Positions 1-14,300 of a DNA stretch of 64,000 nucleotides are shown in pieces. The translations under genes and the position numbers were made by a program. The number at the start of each line of letters is the position of its first letter. Positions within the stretch are counted from its first letter, which is position 1. The stretch spans positions 7,238,889 to 7,302,888 of the forward strand of contig OZ037772.1 in the NCBI GenBank assembly GCA_964035545.1, given 5' to 3'. This stretch comes from Bugula neritina (Eukaryota; Animalia; Bryozoa). The notes under the pieces were generated by a model. The model saw only the letters and a program-made list of their open reading frames with translations. It did no database searches and had not been told where the DNA came from.

Positions 1-855
1 TATAACTGGCATATAATATACAGTATAACTGGTATATAATATACAGTATAACTAGTATGTAATATACAGTATAACTAGTATATGATATACTGTATAACTA
101 GTGTATAATATACGGTATATCTAGTATATAATATACAGTATATCTAGTATATGATATACTGTATAACTAGTGTATAATATACAGTATAACTAGTATATGA
201 TATACAGTATATCTATGGTATATGATATACAGTATAACTATGGTATATGATATACAGTATAACTAGTATATACTATACAGTATAACTAGTATATACTATA
301 CAGTATAACTAGTATGTAATATACAGTATAACTGGCATATAATATACAGTATAACTGGTATATAATGTACAATAGTACTAGTATGTAATATACAGTATAA
401 CTAGTATATGATATACTGTATAACTAGTGTATAATATACGGTATATCTAGTATATAATATACAGTATATCTAGTATATGATATACAGTATAACTAGTATA
501 TGATATACAGTATAACTAGTATATAATATACAGTATAACTAGTATATAATATACAGTATAACTAGTATGTAATATACAGTATAACTAGTATATAATATAC
601 AGTATAACTAGTATGTAATATACAGTATAACTAGTATATAATATACAGTATAACTAGTATATAATATACAGTATAACTAGTGTATAATATACAGTATAAC
701 TAGTATATAATATACAGTATAACTAGTGTATAATATACAGTATAACTATAGTATATGATATACAGTATAACTAGTATATAATATACAGTATAACTAGTAT
801 GTAATATACAGTATAACTAGTGTATAATATACAGTACAACTAATATATAATACAC
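1..855. repeat. 23-bp AT-rich minisatellite (CAGTATAACTAGTATATAATATA)n with a ~326-bp higher-order period
   Basis: Unit is read directly. The variant run TATAACTGGCATATAATATACAGTATAACTGGTATATAAT occurs at 1 and again at 327. The array runs off the left edge and probably lies in a GPSM intron. Confidence 0.95.
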
Positions 856-3580
856 ACTGTTCATGTATGAAGTTCTGGTATGAACCATATTATTTGGTAA
901 TAAACAAAGTTTGTGTGTTAAATTTAGCCACTAGAGTTGAAATACTGAGCCCAAATCAGTATTGAATCACTATACATATTTTTGTTAAGTAAAACAAAGC
1001 TTTATGGAATAGGAAAGACAATTCTATACAACTTTGAAAGGTCATTTATTGATTAGGTAATTCTCCATCAGCTGAAAGCTCATAAAACGTATTTATAATT
1101 GATAAGTAATTCCCTCCTATCACAAAGTCATCATTCAAATCAAACAAACATTCAACTAATACCAGCTCAATAAACTCTGCATCGCTAACCCTGCTTGAGA
1201 ATGCCAAGATGTGCAGCTATTGGGCTCTGTAATCAGTCTGCTTAGCCTCAGAGTGTTACCAGGTGTGAGGGGAGGTAGACAGCCTTTCCCAAAGCTGCCT
1301 CAATGCTAGCCTGAGGGCAGCTACGCTGTTTATTTATCAATAGGCATTCAGCTGCTAGCTATGGGCTAGGTTGTTGAGATGTGGCATTATAGTTGTTAGT
1401 ATACACACAGCCTACACTCTGGGGTATAGAACAACTGTGCACTCTGTAATAGAACAACAGCACGCCTATATCTGCACACAGCTTAGCTTTGGCTATTCCT
1501 TTACCACGTCTGTAAGTTTTACTGCTTTCGTTACAAAATAGTAATCTAAGCGGTGTTTAATTTTTAGGCATAATAAAAATTCCACCTCTCACCTGGTAAA
1601 TTAAATGGAAGAAGTAGTTGGTGTTTAATGGAGAAATCTGAAATTTTCTCGTCTTGAATTTGTTGATGTTGGTTTTTTTAGTCATGGAAGTATTTTTGGT
1701 AATCTTTTAATTTCTTGTAGACATAATGTTTTGTGTTGTTATTTTATTATTCATCGTTTTATTGTATTGGTTTGTTGCACATTTGAAATTTGCCTAAACT
1801 GCTAAAATACTGCTTCTGATACTATTTTATCTCACAGTTTATGGCTTGAATACATTGACAATGCCTGTCATAGCCTAAATTTCATAAACTTCATAGGTTA
1901 TGGGGTTGCTAGTCACTCTGCCCCAAGCTGATCTACAGTTAATGCTGTCTTTCAGTACATTTATAGATATTAAAGCCTTCTTTTGTTAGCCTCAGTATTT
2001 CTTATTATTGTGGAGAGTTTCACACCCAACCCTTCAGCTTGTAACTCCAACTATACAAGGATGTGAGTCTATGCCTCAGTGAAGCTTCATTCAAAATATT
2101 TGCATCAGAAATTCACAATAGAAATATTGCTATTAGGTCTTAAACTTGCCTCCTAGCACTTAGCTGCTGTTTGTAGTTTGAATTAAAATGCTGGTAAATT
2201 TTCTTGAAACATAAAGCAGCAATTTCTGCGATCAATATTGGAGGTGTGTAAATTGTTGTTTAGATGAGTTTTATTCCTGACAGCTTTTTAAACAAATTAT
2301 CTCATCGGATTTATAACAATTTCTTTTCCGCTAAAAATTAGTTTAGAACTGAAAGTTGTGCTAGAATAACACTGGTTAGGTTGTCTAGTTAGAAATTCTG
2401 TACTTAAATGGAAAGAAGCTGACTTTTCACCACCATGTCATTACGTTCAGGTGTACCATCTAGTAGTCATTTAGGAGCAGCGGTGGAGAAACTGAGATAG
2501 CTTGCGTTCTTCAATTTTATTATTAAATTTTAGTTTGGCTTGAAATTCTCCAAGAACATAACTTCTGATGCTACATTTCTAATCTAGAACACAGGCTTTT
2601 CCGAATTCCCCCCCCCCCCATTACTGCACCTACCTGCTAATAGTGTACCCCTCAAGTAGGATCCTCCAACATAATTCTTTTTTCATGGTTTAGCATGTTG
2701 TCTGCACATCTCAGGATATATGGCCCCTGAAATTATTGGCCCTGGGCCTATTCACATGGGACTATTTCTGTAATTGACAGTCATGTTATGTAACTTTCTA
2801 TTCTGTTCTACAGGCACCAGATTTCTCTGCAATATTCCTGGATTAGGACGGGTTGTGAACCCCCCCCCCCCTCCTCTTTCACTAGATGTATTCATTGGAT
2901 ATTGTTTGGTTGATTATTGTTTGTCATGTTGTTGTAACAGATTTCTATGGAAATTATAGTTTGAAGCAGCACAGAGTTAGTGGTGGCTGAGTGCAGTGGT
3001 TGGGGGTTTGGGGTTTAGGCGATGACGTGTTTGTAAATACTGTATGGAAAACTCAACTTTTGCTGTATAATTCATAAAGACATTATTGTAATGTGTCATT
3101 TCCCTGCAGGAATTCTAGTCCTTCTCCATTTAATCAAAATGAAACTTTCAGCTCCATACTTGCTGTCAAGTCATTGTAGGTCAATTTGTTATGTGACTGT
3201 AGCTGATCTAGAAGTAATTGCTCCAGTGTTTATAATTGTATTGAAGCCAAATTAAATGCACTTATAATTTGTAGTTTTTCTGCTTTGCTTTGGTAAATGC
3301 TATAAATCAATAATATTCACAAGTAATTCATACCCAGGGGCCTACTTGTACAGTACACTACTTGATTTTATACTGAGTTAGGACTAGTTGTTTGTTTATT
3401 GCTGAGATACATTCCTGAGTCTTTCAGCTGAGTATGTTTCTGGAGACGTCAATGCTCCATTACTGAGTATGTTTTTACAAGCATTACCAAGTTATTATCA
3501 AGTATATTGCCAAGTTCATTATCAAGTACATTGGTGGCCATTATCAAGTATGATTTCAATATACAAACACTTATAGAATA

Positions 3581-3745
3581 CATGTTGAGTACATATCAAG
3601 TGCATGTTGAGTACATATCAAGTGCATGTTGAGTGCACATCAAGTAAATGTTGAGTACATATCAAGTGCATGTTGAGTACACATCAAGTAAATGTTGGGT
3701 ACACATCAAGTACATATCAAGTGCATGTTGAGCTAAATACCAAGT
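3581..3745. repeat. 22-bp tandem repeat CATGTTGAGTACATATCAAGTG
   Basis: About 7 imperfect copies, with degenerate ATCAAGTA subunits from ~3480. Confidence 0.85.
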
Positions 3746-5095
3746 CTGAAGTAGATCAGTCATTCAATTCTCAAAGGTAACAAGATGTCTTCTATTCATA
3801 CTACTGGCGGATGTTTTACTGTCACACCTCAGCCTGTACGGCAGCTGTGAATAGAGAATAGAGTACAATGTGGGCAGCAAATCAATTTACTCATCTCACT
3901 TCATTATCTCATAACTAATTGCTACACTCAACACACTTTTAGTTGACCGTAATTTAATAGAAATGCTGTCATTCTATTACTGTGAGTGCTTTACTTGTCA
4001 GCTTTTTGTAACATCACTAGCAGTTAGGTTTCAGCAGCATTCTATTTACAGGTAGTCAACTGAGGCAGCACTTTATTTCCTGCAGTATTTCGACCTAAGA
4101 TACTTCTTCAGTGACATGATTTTGTGATTTTTTATCTAATAAACAAAATGTTGTTGGACATTTTAATGTGTCTCAATAAGTGTATCTATATATACACATA
4201 CACACATGTGTTTTTATATATTATGTGAAGACGTTTAACGGGATTGTTTATTGATTATGGAATTGTTTTTTGTTTGGAAAGAGATCTTTCTGTATCAATA
4301 AGTAAAGACAAGCTAACTCTGTGGAGTTATCATTCTTGTAACAATGTAAGCAAGCTAATGGTGGTATTATGTGTTCCTAGAGCACCTAAGAGGCAATGAT
4401 CTGTAAACAGGTTTGAAGTATAATTTGATCATCATTCTTTGAAAACCAAAAATTGATTTTATCAAATCGAGTTATTAGAAAAATCAATTATACTGTGTAA
4501 TACAACTTTACTTCTGGTTATTTTTACTCTGCTTAAACATGTTTGTATGACTAAAGATTTCTATAGCTAGGTTGATCTCTAAGTATTCATAGTTAATCCT
4601 TGTGGGTTAGTTCAGCTCAGCTGTGTTGCAGGTCAAAGCATTTTAATCTATTAGCTCCTTACCAGGTGAAAGGTCCTTGTGAACAGGTGATGTTTTCCCA
4701 CAGTCTGTTTGACATACTGTAGTACCACAGTTTGTCACTCAAACATGTGTTCTGATACAGCTTTGTATTCTATCATAATCTTTAGTAACTTAGTCCAATT
4801 CATCTCTTTGGGCTATATACTGCCCAAGTTTTTATTCACTTTCACTGGTTTAAACATAGTTCTAAGGTTTGAGTAGCAAAGAACTTGGTCGAAAAAGAGA
4901 CTTTATACTCATTTTCCCATGTTTTTCTGGTAACTTTTCCACTCTAAAAGGAGAACTCATGAACTGAATAGACTTCAGGTTGTGGTTTTTTATGCAACTG
5001 TTATTAAGCATCTAATGAAAAGTCCTCCATTCACATGATTCGGGACTTGGTAAATATAAGTGTAACCAGAACGTTTTTATGATTCATATTTTCAG

Positions 5096-6678
5096 TCGTC
5101 CCGTTTGGAGGAGCAGAGAACGACCTTGCCAAGAGGTGAGCCGTCTGCAACCGGTGCTCTGAGGAGGGAGTTTGGCCAGATGTCGGCTCCTACAGTGCCT
5201 GACGAGGACTTCTTCAGCATGATCACTAAGCTGCAGGTCAGTTGACTCAGTAGTTTGTTGGCTGGGTGAATCAGGCTTATGTTTTTGTGATATGAAAATC
5301 AAATTCTTCTAGTTGTTTGTTCACACTGTCACTAATTCACTCACTTACTTACTGACTTACTGAATCACCCAGTAACTCACTCACTCACTAACTCATTCAC
5401 TCACTTACTCAATCACTTACTATCTTACTCAATCACTCACTCACTCACTCACTCACTTACTCAATCACTCACTCACTTAGTCACCCATTTACTAACTCAC
5501 TTAGTCACCCATTTACTAACTCACTTAGTCACCCATTTACTAACTCACTTATACTTTATACTCATCAACTCACTCACTCACTTACTCAATCACTCACTTG
5601 GTCATTTACTCAATCACTCACTAACTTAATCGGCAACTTATTTTATCACTAAATGATTCACTCACCATGGTATTTGATTTTCTTATAGTGATATTTTATT
5701 TTTTCACACCTCAGTTTTACTTGCTCAAAATGGCATCTTTTGATTGTGTATTAAAATAACTTTTTCATCAGATGGACTAATAGACTAATATGTGCATGAA
5801 AGATAACTCCATGTTTTATAATGTGACATTCGATGGACCTCAGAATTGTGGAAGCTTATTTGAAGTTCTAAAGATCAGCTGTGAAAAGTATTTGGAGAGC
5901 TAAAATTACTCTCAAATGCTGTTTTTACTGTATTTGGAAAGTGATGTGCATGTAGTTTGAGTAGTTGAAGATTTAAATTCAGTTTCTGTAGTTATCACTG
6001 TTGTTCCTGTAGTTGCTAGTGTACTTACCACTTGTGTTACTGTACTCACTAGTGTAATTGCTGTGGTTTCAGTCCAACAGACTGGATGAACAAAGATACG
6101 AGTTCCGCCCAGACAAGGACAGTAAAACAGGTGCCACGTCGGCTGCCTCTACGTCCGCTACCCGATCGTCAAAGACAACTCACACTAAGGTGCCTGCCTT
6201 GCAGCACCCCTCTCTTATGCTGTCTTTGTTGTCTACTCCCAGTCTATGTGTTTCATTTGTTAACAACTCAGGCTTTAATTGGAATATAAATTATGTTTTA
6301 CTAATAATTTGGAGTTGTGCCCTCGTAGTCTTTGGACCCGCTACTCTTAAGTGCTTTAACAACATATTTGCCTAATATACAAGAATTAGCAGTGTATATA
6401 AAAAGAAGTTTAAATGTTTCTTAATTCAAGTTTTTTTAATACTCAGATAGTGGTTTTCACTTTCTGCGGTTTTAAGTTAGTTATCTAAATTAAAATTAGA
6501 TTTGTAAAACTACATTTGAATGATATCAAAATTGTGCATTGGTTTTATTCCTTTAAATTATTTCAATTCTGACAGTGTGAATGCTTTAATTTTGTTTTAT
6601 TGATTGCAATTTTCTGGGCTTTTTCAGACCACATCTTCAACGTCCAATAAAAGCTCTGATAAGAAGAAAAAGAAGTAG
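5096..6678 (+). CDS. GPSM2: G-protein signalling modulator (Pins/LGN/AGS3, GPSM1/2 type), 3' exons containing the last GoLoco motifs; 5' part not found in window
   Basis: Exons: 5096-5236 (SSRLEEQRTTLP...SAPTVPDEDFFSMITKLQ), 6073-6189 (SNRLDEQRYEF...), 6628-6678 (TTSSTSNKSSDKKKKK*). All are ag/gt bounded, phase 0. Splicing rebuilds PTVPDEDFFSMITKLQSNRLDEQR, the last GoLoco motif of GPSM1/2/Pins with its (D/E)QR triad, preceded by the end of the previous GoLoco (SSRLEEQR). The 6190 donor (gtgcct) is weak, so the last junction is less certain. Confidence 0.88.
5330..5630. repeat. (ACTC)n-like low-complexity tract including a 24-bp unit x3
   Basis: CACTCACT/CACTTACT runs; CACTTAGTCACCCATTTACTAACT three times at 5474-5545. 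Confidence 0.85.
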
Positions 6679-7299
6679 ACTGTTATTGGCTAGTCATACG
6701 TCTTTTAACCAATCAGACTGGAGATCTAATAGCACTCTCGTAAAAACTAATATTATTGGTGGAATGGATATACAATTTGTTGTATATAGCTCTTTGTTAT
6801 AACTATCCCAAGATATTTATATTATTAAATGGTATAACTTGATATATTTTTATACCAATTGTACATAGTTTAGTATTTCATATGAATATCATTGAGACCA
6901 GCTATTCGCATGTATTCTTGGTGTATATCAGATAGCTTGTTTTCTCAAATATCATAAAGGTGATGGGATTTTAATACCCCACCCTGTCTTCATGTATATC
7001 ACCCATTGCCCCTCTGCTATACTCTATCATTTATATTTGAATGGCTTGCTTTGTTCCTTGGTTAAGATGGGCTGTGGGTTTAAGTTATATCAAGTTCCAT
7101 TTATTGGGCTCTTTTCAATAATTATATCAATTCATATTTCTGGGATTCTCGGCTTGAGTTATCAGATCTGTACGTTTACTGTATTTTGTTGTAAGTTGTC
7201 CGCCCATTCTACACTCAACTTTGTATCAGCATTAAAGTATTATGTAATGATTGTAGGTCTTTAGGACTAGCTGGGTATATTATTTTTGTGTTTTTGCAT

Positions 7300-7305
7300 A
7301 ATAAA
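7300..7305 (+). terminator. Candidate poly(A) signal of the GPSM gene
   Basis: AATAAA about 620 nt after the stop codon. Confidence 0.5.
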
Positions 7306-7341
7306 ATAGTGATTAGAAAACGGAAAGGTAAACACATGTAG

Positions 7342-7347
7342 TTTATT
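7342..7347 (-). terminator. Candidate poly(A) signal of the TRIM gene
   Basis: TTTATT on + (AATAAA on -), about 960 nt after the TRIM stop. It is not the only TTTATT in the UTR. Confidence 0.4.
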
Positions 7348-8309
7348 CACACTCAGAGTGTATTTGACACTAAATAGATTGTTACAGGCATAATTCAGTT
7401 CTTTTAAAAAAATAGTACAAAATGTTATACATTTATATCGCTATTCCTGGTATATAATATAAATAAAATGGTAAACTCTAGTTTGTAAAATATTTTACCA
7501 ATCTAGTATTCTTATTATTCATTCTAGCTTAATACCAATGCATCAGCAGTTTAAAAAACCATCAAACATGTATACATAATTGTGTTACGGTATTCATAAT
7601 GCCTATGTATATAATATGCAGTGCTCCATCCGTATCTCACTCAGCTATGAGTCACAAAAGCTCAATTTGTAACAGTAGAATATCACATTTAATTCTCGGA
7701 TCCATTAAAGTCAGCCATTTTGCCCCTGTACACACGTACATAAGAGTCAAAACAGGGGTCCAACCCCCTTTCCTGTGAAATTTGGTAAGGGCAGGCATGT
7801 GAGATACAGAGGGAGCATTGTAATATTTCAAACTAAATAATATATCTAAATGACTAAGTTTTTCTAATATGAACTCCACATTATATCAAAACAATTAATT
7901 CGAATCACAGGAATGACTTAGTTGCATGGTATATGCTAGCTTCAATTATGTGATATATCTAAGTTCATAAAATAAACTAATAATAAAGTTATAAGGAGTA
8001 AGCAAAAGCTTTTATAATTGATCACCCTGCTGTGTTTGACAAGAAATAGGAGGCCATGATTTATTAAGGTGATTACAGAAACAATGAAGAAAAACAAATC
8101 AGGAAAGTCTAGGTTTCAAATTCACTTTTGCATGAAGTTAGGGGTTCAAAGTTCCCACCCCAAACTCAAAAATCAAGAACTTGAAGCTACTGCACTCGGT
8201 CACCCCCAACCCGGAGCTGCTTATAGATAGATTGGGTGCATGCACGCCCTAGACTGTGGACTGTGATGTAATGAGCATGTGCTAGGTCGGGAGGTAACTA
8301 GGGTGTCCC

Positions 8310-11300
8310 TCAGTATATGTGGTAGAACAGAACATTTCTCTCTCCGCATCTCGGAACAACGAGCAGTGAATCGGATATGTGAAGGTCAAGGACGTCATCA
8401 GCCGGTCTGGATGTCGGGTCTTCCATCTTCGACAAAGTTTCTCCTGTAGATAAAGATAAATAATTCAAAATTAATATGTTCAAAAATTATTCAATTTGTT
8501 TCTCAAATATTTGGAGTGCAATCATCAGATATAATTTTGGAATTGTCTACTTTTTCAAGTTCTGTTAGTTGAAGATTGGCTATAAAAAAAGAACAGAACT
8601 TATTTTGAAGCTCAGTCTGTGTAGAACTAATTATTTTTAGCAAAATTATATCGTTTGCATGTTTTAAGTCTTTGTTTCTCTAGCAGACACAAGTGCACAC
8701 AACTCTTTTAGCAAATAAAATGTTCCCTAATAATTATAGTTGTCTGCTCTCTTCAAAATTCCTGGAATCTCTGAAAAGACTGACTTGCAATAACAATTTT
8801 TTTTCTAGTGTGAAGCTGGAGTGCCTTGATATTATTTAGAATACTTTGAATGATAGAGCACAATTCCAAGAGAGATATGGAAACTAGAGGATGTTTTCTA
8901 TTAAAGTTGGTTAGATGCCTAAGAAGTACCTGTTTTGGCATCCAAGCACCACACTGTAACTTTCTTTCCACTACCTGCTGCCAAGATCATTTGGCTGTTG
9001 TATCGAGTAATGCTGAGGTATTTCCCGAAGGAGTGCTTCACGGTCCAAATGACTTTACCATAACTCAAGTCAATTTTAAATATTCGTGACTTGCCGCTGT
9101 CACTGATGATGACCGAGTTTGCGTCGGTCACGCAGATGGACGTTACGTTTTCCTTGAGCAAGAAACATGGCACTTTCTTCACGACGACTCCGGTCCGAGA
9201 ATAAATAATCAGACTCTTGTTGGTTCGATGAGGGATGAGGATGTGATCATCAACAATAGCAAACTTATTAATCATCGGAGTGTCATAATCGGCATGTGAC
9301 CAATTATTAAGCAGCTTTCCAGCGAGGTCATGCACGCAGACGCTATACGACCCTTTGTTGCAGACTAGAAGGTAGAACTTATCGTGATAGATGATGATGT
9401 CATCAACATCACCCGTCAGAGCGATAAACGGCTTGCAAACGCCTGTTGCTTGATCTATAGTTTCTATGCCTTTCTTCTCCCGTAGCCCGACGTAAGTTGT
9501 TCCCGCTTTGTGGTGAACGGCACGGCACCACTCTGGTATGTGGGTTGAGGTCACCAAGGCCATAGACCGAGGGATGTCTGGTGCTCCCTCAAGTCGGACA
9601 GGATTGTCGACGACAAAAGCGGCGTTCTTAGCAGTGAATAATTCTAGTTCAATATCACGTCGCTCTTCTAGAAATTAACAAAATGGTAAAAATATAATTC
9701 AAAATATATGCATATATTACCTCACTATATGTTTTTATATTAACATACTATGTTATGTTTTGTAGTTTTTTAATACAGCCTTTGTTGAGTTAGCTGTATA
9801 TTATATATAGCATATTTGAAACTCATGCAAAAACTGGAACACCTTCTTAAAATGTTAGTTAATGAATGTCAACACTATTTGTGTTAGCAAGTTATCACAC
9901 TATAGTCTAACAACATCTTTTACATAATAAATATGCATGCTATTAGCGAATCTTTTGAAATATGATCCTAACTCAAACAACTAAAGCTCTGTTAGTGCTC
10001 TTATACATATTATAAGTTATAGCTTCATATAGTTAGTGTGGGCCAATCTCAAAATAATTTACAATTCATAAACTGTTTCATTTTTTCAAATTTTGCACAA
10101 GTTTCTATAGAAAGGTAATAACTACCCTAACAACACTAACATGATTGAATAATGTTTACTGGTTACTTTGCATTTACAAATGAGAAGCAGCCAAGGTCTA
10201 GGCCCTAGTGGATAAAGTGTTGGCTTAGTAGACACAAGGTTAGTAGTTCAATAGGCCATTGATGATGTTGGGAAGAGCAATTTAAGTCCTTGGTTGCTTC
10301 AAAACTTCTTATCAGTTTATTAGAAGTTCTCACAGAGATATAGTGACAATATATAAACTTGTGTGGGTTTAGATATTTTGCAGTTGCAAATATCTAAACA
10401 ATCTATAAATTGGATCAGCCCTACACATTTCAGCATAATGATGTTGACAACACACTTGCAGATATCATATTTCGAAACCATGGTTCATAGAGTTGGCAGT
10501 TAGCCAATTACATAAATTATGATGTATATAAACAATTATTTCATCAATCAGAAAAAAATTATTGCAATAGGAAGATTAACTGATTGTAGATATTCTGAAT
10601 TCATGAAGCTTCCTTTACTTTGTTCTGAGGACAATAAAAATTTCAAAGCATAAAATTTTGTCAATAAAGTTTACCCTTTCTTCCAACTGTAGAGAAATTT
10701 CCCAAATGAAATTTCCCCTATATTTTCTTGCATCATCACACAATAAATATAATAGTGGTATCAAATAGTAAATAGCCTGTATAATCATGGAAATAAACAT
10801 TATGAGGAACTATAGAGTATTTTCTCATAACCATAGCGATATGATTTATGCACCTGCATAAAGAACTGATGCAACCAATCAGGTAGACTTATATATAACA
10901 TCATTCAACTGTGTTACTCATATGTAATCACTAATTTGGCGAGCTTTTATTCCAAAGATGGAGTCATATGGAAGGGTTTTACTGAATGAATGAGGAAATT
11001 TTTGCCATTTGACTAGAATGTGACCAACACCAAATGATTGTACCAACAGCTAAATGGAATAACGTTATTTGATAATAATTTCACATCAAACTGAATTTAT
11101 AGCCAATACAATTACTGAGAAGTTATACGTTAAGGTTTAGTCATTTCCCAAGGTTCTCCATTTAAAAAGCTTATGTGTTTGTGGTTTCTAAAATCTGCCT
11201 TTAGATCATACTTGAAAAGGGAGAAATCCTAAATAAAAACAGTAACAAGACTGCAGTACATCATTCTATAGTGCTGCTACTTCAGTAAAATAACAGTTGT

Positions 11301-14300
11301 AGCAGTGCTACTATATGGGAGCAGCTGTAGTCTAGGGGTGAGAGCACTGACTTAGAGAACCAAAGTCATGGGTTTCGATCCTTAGTAAAAGCTATTAGCG
11401 ATGTTAGGAAGGGCATTTAGTCTCCCCCCCAAAATAGAAAACAAGCATTAGCCTACTAACAACATTATCCATCAGGTTCTCACGGGGATGGGGACTATGA
11501 ACCCACAGAGTTCTTATTAAATTGAACTTAGGCTATCCTCAAAGCAATAAACACTGACCTTTAACCCTTAGATTGAGTTTGTCTATTGGATTTGGTCTAG
11601 GAATACCTTCAGACAGATTTCTTCTGATCTCCTCTTTTAATCTAGCATAGCTAAGAGCAATATCGATCTGCAGAAAACGCACAGGATTGGACTATTAACA
11701 TAAATATATACTCAAAATTTCCTTGATAGGGCCAAGCAGTATCAGCAGTTTATACAGTAAAAAAGTCTTAGGGCTAATGATGATCGATTTGACATACGTG
11801 TGCACTAACAATAGTAACTCATAACTAAACTCAAAGTATTTTCATCAAATTTAAGTTTAGCTAATTCGAAATATAAAAATATAGATAGTTTTCTATGCTA
11901 AAGTGAGTTATAGAACCACTTTGCTATACTTGCCCTATTTTACTCAAATGTGTGGTGGTTTGTTTATCTAAATGGAAACCTTGAAAGATCCCAAAGTAAA
12001 CACAAAGAATCATTTTATGAGTATTTGTATAGAAAATAAAGAGGTTTCATTCAGGATTGGAATTTTCTATATGATTGTATATACCAGCTTATTAACTGGG
12101 ATTCATTTTACGCCTCATATTTTTGACAGCTTTAAAGCATGCAATTTTCTATCTCTGTTAGTCAAATCACATGTGTCAAAAAGTATTGGAAAAGTTCAAA
12201 TTAATTATTAAAAAAATGTTCATAAATAAAACCAACAGCAGGTTTCATAATTGTTTATGTTTGACGCTATGTTATACCAATATGAACTTCATGCTTTTAC
12301 GGCAAGTGTTAGTGAAACTATTTTGGAGAATGTGTCCTATAAGTTTAGATAACTGTTATCAGGAACTCCTAGCTATTCCTTTGTTCTAATCAAACCAATC
12401 CCAAATTAAAGTTGGTGTTTCATTTCAAAACTTATTTCCTATTTGCTTGTAACTTATTTAGCATAAAAAGGATTGGCTTGAGTTACAAAGCAAAGCAGAG
12501 CTACAAAATTCACACTAATCTAGAAGTCTGGAAATCTCGTTAACAAACCTTCTGCTTCTGCTTCAGTTTTGTTTCAATTTTTGTTTTCAACACAACCACA
12601 TCGGATAGTTTGACCCCCATCACCTCTTCTGTAAATGCTGTCATAGCCGCTTGAGTTTGATTCCTTTTAGCTATCAGTTCTTCTTCTATCATGTCATACT
12701 GACGGTTTAGTGAATTCAACTAAAATTATCAGGTATATGCATAGCTTACTCTCATCAATAACTTCGCAATTAATAATATGTTTCACAGAACTCAAACGCT
12801 TTTTGGAACTTGATGCATCTTTCAAACATATTGTGACTTACACACTCTACAGCTGATGTTTCCATTGCATTAAATGGATCTGGAAAATCCCTATGCAGAT
12901 GATTTTGTGGTTACAGTTTGCAGTAACTTATGGCAATGGAAATGCAGCGATAAAGTGATCGCATTGTATAAAAGCATTGGAAAATACAAAAAGAAAATAA
13001 ATTATTATTGCCAAGTCATTGTTCAACTTTTATATATAGAACATATTATTATACTTGTCTATAACAACATTATGTCTTCTTATAGCTATGGAATGGTTTG
13101 GAAAACATTCAAAAGATAACTTGATTCAAAAGATAACATTTTGAAACTTCTGAGAATTGATAACAGAAAATCTATTTAATACACTCGAATGGGTTAACAG
13201 GGATCAAGTTGAATAGTTATATATAATCATTACAGCCAAATGCTACAAGACATAAGAAGATAGAGACTACAACATGATAAATCTCACTTGCTCAGCTCGC
13301 TGGTTACGTAGAGTGGCTAGAAGATCTTCTGTCTCGGAGGCAAAATCAGCAGTAACTCCGGTTAACTTCTTCATGGTAGAGTTAAGGTCGCTCTCCCTGG
13401 TTTGCAACTCTTGTAAGTCGGATATCAAGTACCTCACTAGCTCTGTCGGGTCAACTAGGTGGTGGTGTTTTGAGCCTGCGATTAGACACGTAGAAATTTC
13501 TGTTTAAAAAAATTGGTAAATTTGTTAATTGCTATAAGTCAGCATTTGCTGATTGTTTTGGTCATTTTAGTTTTAGTTGTCATTTTATAGTTGTATAGTT
13601 GCCATTCATTAGCAACTATAGTTGCCATTTGTTAGTTTAAGTTGCCATTTGTTAGTTGCTAGTTAAAATTTGCCAGTTAGTTGCCAGTTGCTATAGTTGC
13701 TATTTGCCAGTTGTTCTTTACCACATTTTGAATAGCTTCTTATATAAATGAACATTTACATTTATATTAATGTTAAGAACTATACAAAATTTTTACCTTT
13801 TTGCAAATTTTAGAGTTAGTATCAACAAATATTTGCTCTTCGTGCTAACTGCTTACCATCTATACACTTTTTGCCTGAAGAGATGCACTTCTCACACATT
13901 ACTGAGAGACATCTACGGCACCCTGTACTGTATGGTTGGTTCGAATGGGTAGTACACAGTCTTGTGGAATGGCCAACAGCTTTTTCATATTCTTCAACAG
14001 AGACTCTTTGGTGTGAGATAAGGTGATGAAGATTGTCATGTTCCTGTAACATACCAAACACAAGTGGGGGGTAACGTGTGACCTATCAGCATTGTGGACT
14101 GACTTTTAACTAATAAAGCTTTCAATTATTTTTTGAAATATTAAATATTTTATTTACTAGTTCATGCACCTTAAAATTTTTTTTTATAAAAGTTTAGCAT
14201 GTTTTTCGATTTTTATTGCTATCATAAAATACTATTTCATGTGCATAGTTCATTATTATATACTTTGTAGGTAAAAGAAATAAACCAAACAAATGAGTTT

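Noticed and set aside
860-5095. Search for upstream GPSM exons (TPR repeats, earlier GoLoco halves)
   Set aside because: No convincing exon could be read. They probably lie left of the window, although a short exon could have been missed.
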